15,692 nucleotides of DNA from Bugula neritina (lineage: Eukaryota; Animalia; Bryozoa): assembly GCA_964035545.1 (NCBI GenBank), contig CAXIUT010000273.1, positions 1-15,692 on the forward strand. Direction: 5' to 3'. Below the pieces are notes generated by a model. That model did no database searches. It saw only the letters and a list, made by a program, of their open reading frames with translations, and was not told the DNA's origin. Both the position numbers and the translations under genes were made by a program. Numbering within the stretch: the first letter of the stretch is position 1; each line of letters opens with the position of its first letter. Positions 10,637-15,692 of this stretch are shown in pieces.

Positions 10637-11095
10637 GATATTTATTATGATAGTTAACAAACCACTTCTGATTTGAAGAAAAATATAATCAGCGGACAGA
10701 ACCAACCACTATCAACACTCACAAAGGCAACCAAAAACCCTTTAAGTTCTTTAATATTTATTTAAGAACTCAAAGACTATCCAAATAAGGTTATCAAAAG
10801 TATCATCATCGATTATCTTATCCATCTGGATCATTGATAATTTCATAAATTGCTATCAGATGATAAAGATTAATGTAAAAGAAGAAGAAAATATTCTAAT
10901 TATCATCCTCAAAGAAACAATTCAATGTAAAATATTCAATAAAAGCACTTTTTCTTTGCAAAATGTTTAAAAGCAAATAGATAAAAAAGTTATAGAAAGA
11001 ATACAGAAGTAGTGCCAAGAAGAGTATAAAGTGATTGATCTTAATTACTAATCTTGATTTAATACTCATTTACATTTAGTAATAATTCTTTTAAA

Positions 11096-11836
11096 TCAAT
11101 AAAATATTTTAACTGGAAACTTGCCCTTTTACCTATCAACCCTCATTTTTAACATTTCAACTTTCTGCTAAAGCTGTCCAATAGTACACATCTTAGATTA
11201 CTATCTATCGAATTGAACTTGATAGTTTTTCGTCTTTGAGTTTTACTAGAGTAGGCGCACAAGACTATTATTAACCTGAAGCAATCTGTTATATTCCTAC
11301 ATTGATATATTTTGCGAATTGTTTACAGATCTTTATTGATGGCTATTTGATACATTTATTAGTGATGGGTATTTTTTCTCTTTATTGGTTTTATTCCTTC
11401 TTGAACTGATTTAAGGACGTTTTATTATCCATTGATTTTGAGGATAAATCGTATTTTCACTATTTCTAGAAGTAAATTATGTTTTCTTTTGTGAAAACAT
11501 AACTGAATCGCTCTTTTTTGAGGTGTTTTGAGACTCATTTCTATGATAATATGGCACAATATTTTCTTGATATTTTTTTTGCCAAGAGTTTGCCAATTAA
11601 TGAGGTTAAGATTTTACTTTTTTCAACTTAAACTATGACTTACTTTCTTTCCATTGTTACTTTTTATTATTGAGATGCTGGTTATTATCATTAACTCTTA
11701 ATCTATATTAATTTTAAAACGAAGGAAGTTTGTTAAGTTGTTGCTGAGCCTAAAAGAGAGGTAGTTCAAGTTACTGATCTTTTTACTTTTAAAGGAGACA
11801 GATAGAATGAGTGCATAACTTTTAGAACATTGACAT
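11096..11836 (-). CDS. Hypothetical protein, ~246 aa, intronless
   Basis: ATG at 11836 (MSMFEKLCTHSICLLEKEKDQELELPLF...), open to TGA at 11096-11098. Short C-terminal coiled-coil-like segment (IGQLEQKVEMLKMRVDREK). Confidence 0.68.
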
Positions 11837-11997
11837 AGAGTATATTTTTAATTTGAAAATTATCGATAACTTTATTATCATTCTTTTTCTCATATTTCAT
11901 CTCTTATTAATCTTCTTTTTAATTTTATTTGAATAAATTTAAAAGTCATAAGCTATGCAAAGATGATATACTATCCATAGAAATAGAAGAATAATAA

Positions 11998-12474
11998 ATG
12001 ACATACATACTAACATAGGAAGATATAAACTTCTGTCACAGAACTATTTAAGATCTAGATGACTAAGGTAGTGGTCAGATCAATGTGTATGACCTTTAAA
12101 CCTCTCTCCAACGAATGGACATTCACTTTGAATAATTCGAGTTATGCAAACTAATCTCTGAACTTGACTCCAATAACACAGGCTTCATCCAGTTTCAACA
12201 AATATTGGAAATCTATCAAAAAAAGCGTCAAATGGAAGTCTACGGATAAAATGATGAGGTCACCCTTGATGCATATACAGCAGTAGGAGGACCATCAGAT
12301 AAATCAGGACACATCGATGCAGAAGTACTAGTAAAGATCATAAAGGAATAATTTCAGTTGCCAATTGATATCGAATAACTGATTCGGTCAGTGGATGATT
12401 CAGGAAATGGATAAATAGAGTATTAGTAATTCTAGAAAATGCTCAAAGATAGAGGAGAGTTCAAAATTAAGTGA
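11998..12474 (+). CDS. Calmodulin-superfamily EF-hand protein resembling outer-arm dynein light chain LC4 (18 kDa), 158 aa
   Basis: EF loops DDEGSGQINVYD, DSNNTGFIQFQQ and DDSGNGEIEYEE. The segment TLDAYTAVGGPSDKSGHIDAEVLVKIIKEEF matches the LC4-type TLDAFVALGG..DK.G motif as I recall it. Confidence 0.85.
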
Positions 12475-12687
12475 TAAATTATATCATTTCATTTTAAAAT
12501 TATCCATTTCGATCAATTTCAGAATCACTATGAATTTCATAAAATATTCATTTGAATATATTTGAAATATTGGCTCTATTTGTAGAGCAATGATCAGAAG
12601 TATTATGATTTAGAAGTTTATTTTTATTTTATTTCTGATAGGCGATGATTAGTAAATTTATTGATGGGTTTGACTTTAATAATAAAA

Positions 12688-14284
12688 ATGATTTCGAGCT
12701 CGAATCTTCCTTTTTAGCCTTCTGATTATTTCTCTTCCTTTGAAAATTTAGAACACCTACGAGGCTCTATTAATAATCTAGTTGAAAGAGACCTTGTTGA
12801 TCTTGAATCCCTTCTGCAATCAGTTCAATAAACTCTCACTTTTTAGTCTGATGGACAAGATATCAACATAGAGGTCAAAAGAAAGGAAATCGAACTTGAC
12901 CTTTTTAAACATCTTTCAGAACAGAATAGATAGAGGTCTGAGCACCTCACAGGTTTAGCACATCTGACAGGTAGCTACCCTTATATTCAGTAACAATGAT
13001 AGATTTTATCGAGGAATCAAAACATAAACAAAGTGAGTATTTTGAAAGTTATGAGAGATAACTCGATTCCCTTAAATATACTATTGAAGAGCTGAGACAT
13101 AGCAAGTCAAACATAGAAGTATTGAAACGGTAATATAGAATGATGTCGAAGTTTTCAGGGATCAACTTGAAAGAGCCAGATAAGAGATAGATGTACTTGT
13201 AGATGAAAAGTAAAATTAAAATTAAGACCAATAGAATCAAAGAGAAAAGTAATGGAAAGATTGGAAAATACAATAATTATAAAATTAGTTAGAAGGACTA
13301 AAAGGAAAATTGAATTTTTATAAAATTCATGTCCAAAGTAAAAGAAAGTTTTAACCATAAACTAATCAAAAAATGATGAGAATCGTAAGAAGTGATTCAA
13401 ACTTTTTCAATAAAAAAATCAACTCAACAAAAGAGTCTCAAGATGAACAAAGAGATTCTTTAGATCATTATATTTACGTTAATAAATCTCTTTGTTAAGA
13501 AGTGAAATATCTTCGAAAACAACTTTAATTACTCTAAAGAGGTCAGAGAAGCCTCTAATAACTTAACTTTTCCTCTTAAAAGCAAATAAAATTTCTCACA
13601 GAAAATGACAAATCTTCAGAGGAATAATTATAAAACAATCAAATAGTTTCTTATAGATCAAGAGAGAAAGAAGCCCTAGCTCAAACACTAAGATTACTAA
13701 AATCAGAACATTCACTTTCATCTCTCATCAGTAGAGATCCTTCTAGAAATATGTTACATACTTAATCTTTTATTAATGAAGAGGTAATTAAGAAAAGTCT
13801 TTGCAGAGATTGGAGTTGTATTTCAAATGGTTTTGATCTTGTTCCTTAAAATTTAAGAGAAAAAGACAACAAAATCATTTATCTTAGCGATTAAGAAGGT
13901 TCTTTGATTGGAGATACTTCTAGAATTAATCTTGATTGTTTTTAAAAGAATCTAGAAACGGTAGCTTAAACCAAAGAGTCAGACTGGTCAGTTAATAATA
14001 CCGAAAGACATATGGTTAGTACTATTAGAGTAAGATCTAACATGGACTATGTTAATTATATGTTGAAATAAAGTGAAAAGAAGAAGCAAAAAACAATATT
14101 CAGGAAGGTAAAAAGATCATTTTTCGATTAGATATCAGCGAACTTTAAAGTTGAATCAAAGGTGACTGAAAAGAACAAGAATCAAAAGAAAGGTGTAATT
14201 GATAATTTATTTGGATGGGTAGTAAATAATCGTGTCAGACGTACATCTCAAAAGGCAAATAGTGGTTCTTCTTTGTTAGTTTGA
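12688..14284 (+). CDS. Coiled-coil hypothetical protein, ~518 aa, two 20-nt introns (12971-12990, 13119-13138); alternative in-frame ATG at 12664
   Basis: Three open frames are joined by two GT-AG 20-mers. Heptad-rich stretches include YERELDSLKYTIEELRH, FRDQLERAREEIDVL and IQELENELEGLKGKL. TGA at 14282-14284. Confidence 0.8.
12971..12990 (+). other. 20-nt intron (gtagctacccttatattcag)
   Basis: GT-AG ends; the unspliced frame reaches TGA within a few codons. Confidence 0.83.
13119..13138 (+). other. 20-nt intron (gtattgaaacggtaatatag)
   Basis: GT-AG ends; switches into the long terminal frame that runs to 14284. Confidence 0.83.
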
Positions 14285-14436
14285 TTTTATTTGTAATAAT
14301 TAATGCATATTATAACTGCCTTATTAAATATATAAAATATTATTGCATTCATATGTCAAAAAATTAACTTTTGTGTCCCTATTTATCATCTAAATCAAAT
14401 CAAAATCATTTTTATGAAGTTTTTTAATAGTAAATA

Positions 14437-14469
14437 ATGCTACTTTAATGCTATTTTGATGCTACTTTA
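14437..14469 (+). repeat. 3 x 11-bp tandem repeat (atgctacttta / atgctattttg / atgctacttta)
   Basis: Read directly from the sequence in the intergenic region upstream of the Myb gene. Confidence 0.8.
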
Positions 14470-14602
14470 GTCAAAGTAGTCGTTCTTATTAAGCTTTCGA
14501 AATACTATCTTCTTCAAGTTAAGATACTACTTTATCTGAGTTATTTTAAATGAGAAGAGTTTTTATTTGAAACTGTTATTTTTTATTTCTCAATATTATT
14601 TC

Positions 14603-15541
14603 ATGTTCTGGCCTGATTTTATAATTTTTTAAGAGAAAATCAGCAATAAAGATTAATTCATCAAGAAAATAAGATATTATTGCTTATAATTGAAGCGCCA
14701 AGTTGATGACTATAAAAGACAACACTATTTTGATGAATTATAACCAATGATTTAGTAGAGTTAATTCCAAGGACTACCGCCTCTAAAGAACTAAAAAGAC
14801 TTCTTCTTATTCGAACCACACTACAACCAAGAAGAAGAACATAAAATCTCTCAATCACCTATCCCAACCAGCTCTTTCTCTTCTCCCATACTGTCTAAAA
14901 AGATGAATAGGAAGGTTTCAACTGATTCTCCTAGGCCTAGAAAGAGTAAAGTAACTGAGCCTCAAAATCCTAATCAGAAGTTCGGACATTGGATGTTGTA
15001 AGAAAACAAAAGATATCATTGGTTTCTTGAAATACATCATAACCATTTTTTAAACAAACATTTGAGAAGAATGGATAAAATCTTCAAAACAATGGCTTTG
15101 TTTGTTAATTCAAGAGAAGCTTAACAATGTAGAAGTCACCATCAAAAAATGGAAAAGAAGTATCACTCTATCTGTAGGATCCTCCTCAGTCTCAGAAATC
15201 AACACTATCAGACCGAAGATTCACAGCCAATAGTCGAAGAACTCAATGAGCAAGCAATTGTCTTTAATGATGGAATTTTAGAAGCTAAATTTCTCCATAA
15301 AGGTGCATAGAACGAAGAAGAACTCTACAAAAAATAACAATAATTCGAAATGAAAGAATAAAATAAATCAGGAGAAGACGAATTTGTTATGAAATAGAGC
15401 TAGATAAAGAAAGATTAAGTTCCAAAAGTAGAGTGTGGATAATTGACTCTCTTTCCTTTAAATCCAGAGTACTAAGGAATGGATATAATGGATGAATTGT
15501 TGGCAGATTAAGCTCCCCATAATTACTTCCAGTTGATCTGA
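14603..15541 (+). CDS. Myb/SANT-like DNA-binding protein (SHAQKYF-related, ciliate type), ~312 aa; alternative start at 14747
   Basis: KFGHWMLEENKRYHWFL...KIFKTMALFVNSREAEQCRSHHQKMEKKY is a single Myb repeat. Acidic C-terminus; TGA at 15539-15541. Confidence 0.88.
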
Positions 15542-15605
15542 ATATGCTATTTATGTTACCAAATACTTGTTCTAGAATAATAGTTATTTTAATTACTATA
15601 AGTTA

Positions 15606-15692
15606 GGGGTTGGGGTTGGGGTTGGGGTTGGGGTTGGGGTTGGGGTTGGGGTTGGGGTTGGGGTTGGGGTTGGGGTTGGGGTTGGGGTTGGG
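15606..15692. repeat. Right telomere, (GGGGTT)n
   Basis: Perfect G4T2 repeat to the end of the window, inverted relative to the left telomere. Confidence 0.99.

Noticed and set aside
5782-10705. Interpreting the region as a cluster of small Cys-rich genes or a degraded pseudogene
   Set aside because: The fragments share one frame and are separated only by TAA/TAG sense codons; there is just one real discontinuity. The track's start at 10705 is not ATG and lies upstream of the signal peptide.
790-12429. Standard ciliate code (TAR=Gln) or split code TAA=Lys/TAG=Glu
   Set aside because: Both TAA and TAG occupy invariant Glu positions in several unrelated families.
13049-14858. Minus-strand hydrophobic ORFs 13049-13273, 13155-13358 and 14661-14858
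   Set aside because: They are antisense to K/E-rich plus-strand genes, and their hydrophobicity is a complement artefact.
1-15692. CRISPR array, transposon, linear plasmid/virus, tRNA or rRNA genes
   Set aside because: The terminal repeats are simple telomeres without spacers. No transposase, polymerase, capsid or structured-RNA signature was seen, and the gene content is ordinary eukaryotic nuclear.

Overview
This window is a complete, telomere-to-telomere ciliate macronuclear minichromosome of 15.7 kb, with (CCCCAA)n at the left end and (TTGGGG)n at the right. The supplied ORF track used the wrong genetic code. TAA and TAG fall repeatedly on invariant glutamate positions (kinase APE, EF-hand position 12, p24 CFYE, Myb W-x-x-E-E), and every gene ends in TGA. 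That matches TAA/TAG=Glu (NCBI table 30, peritrich nuclear code), not the Tetrahymena/Paramecium Gln code. Hand translation under this code gives ten tightly packed genes: a Ser/Thr kinase, a p24/emp24 cargo receptor, a Dbf4-like zinc-finger protein, a ~1617-aa secreted Cys-rich furin-repeat protein with one apparent +1 frameshift, an LC4-like EF-hand protein, a Myb/SANT protein, a coiled-coil protein and three hypothetical proteins. All eight introns needed to restore the reading frames are exactly 20 nt (GTA...AG), and 7 of 8 have an A six bases from the 3' end. Translations were done by eye and family assignments rest on recalled motifs, not database searches.
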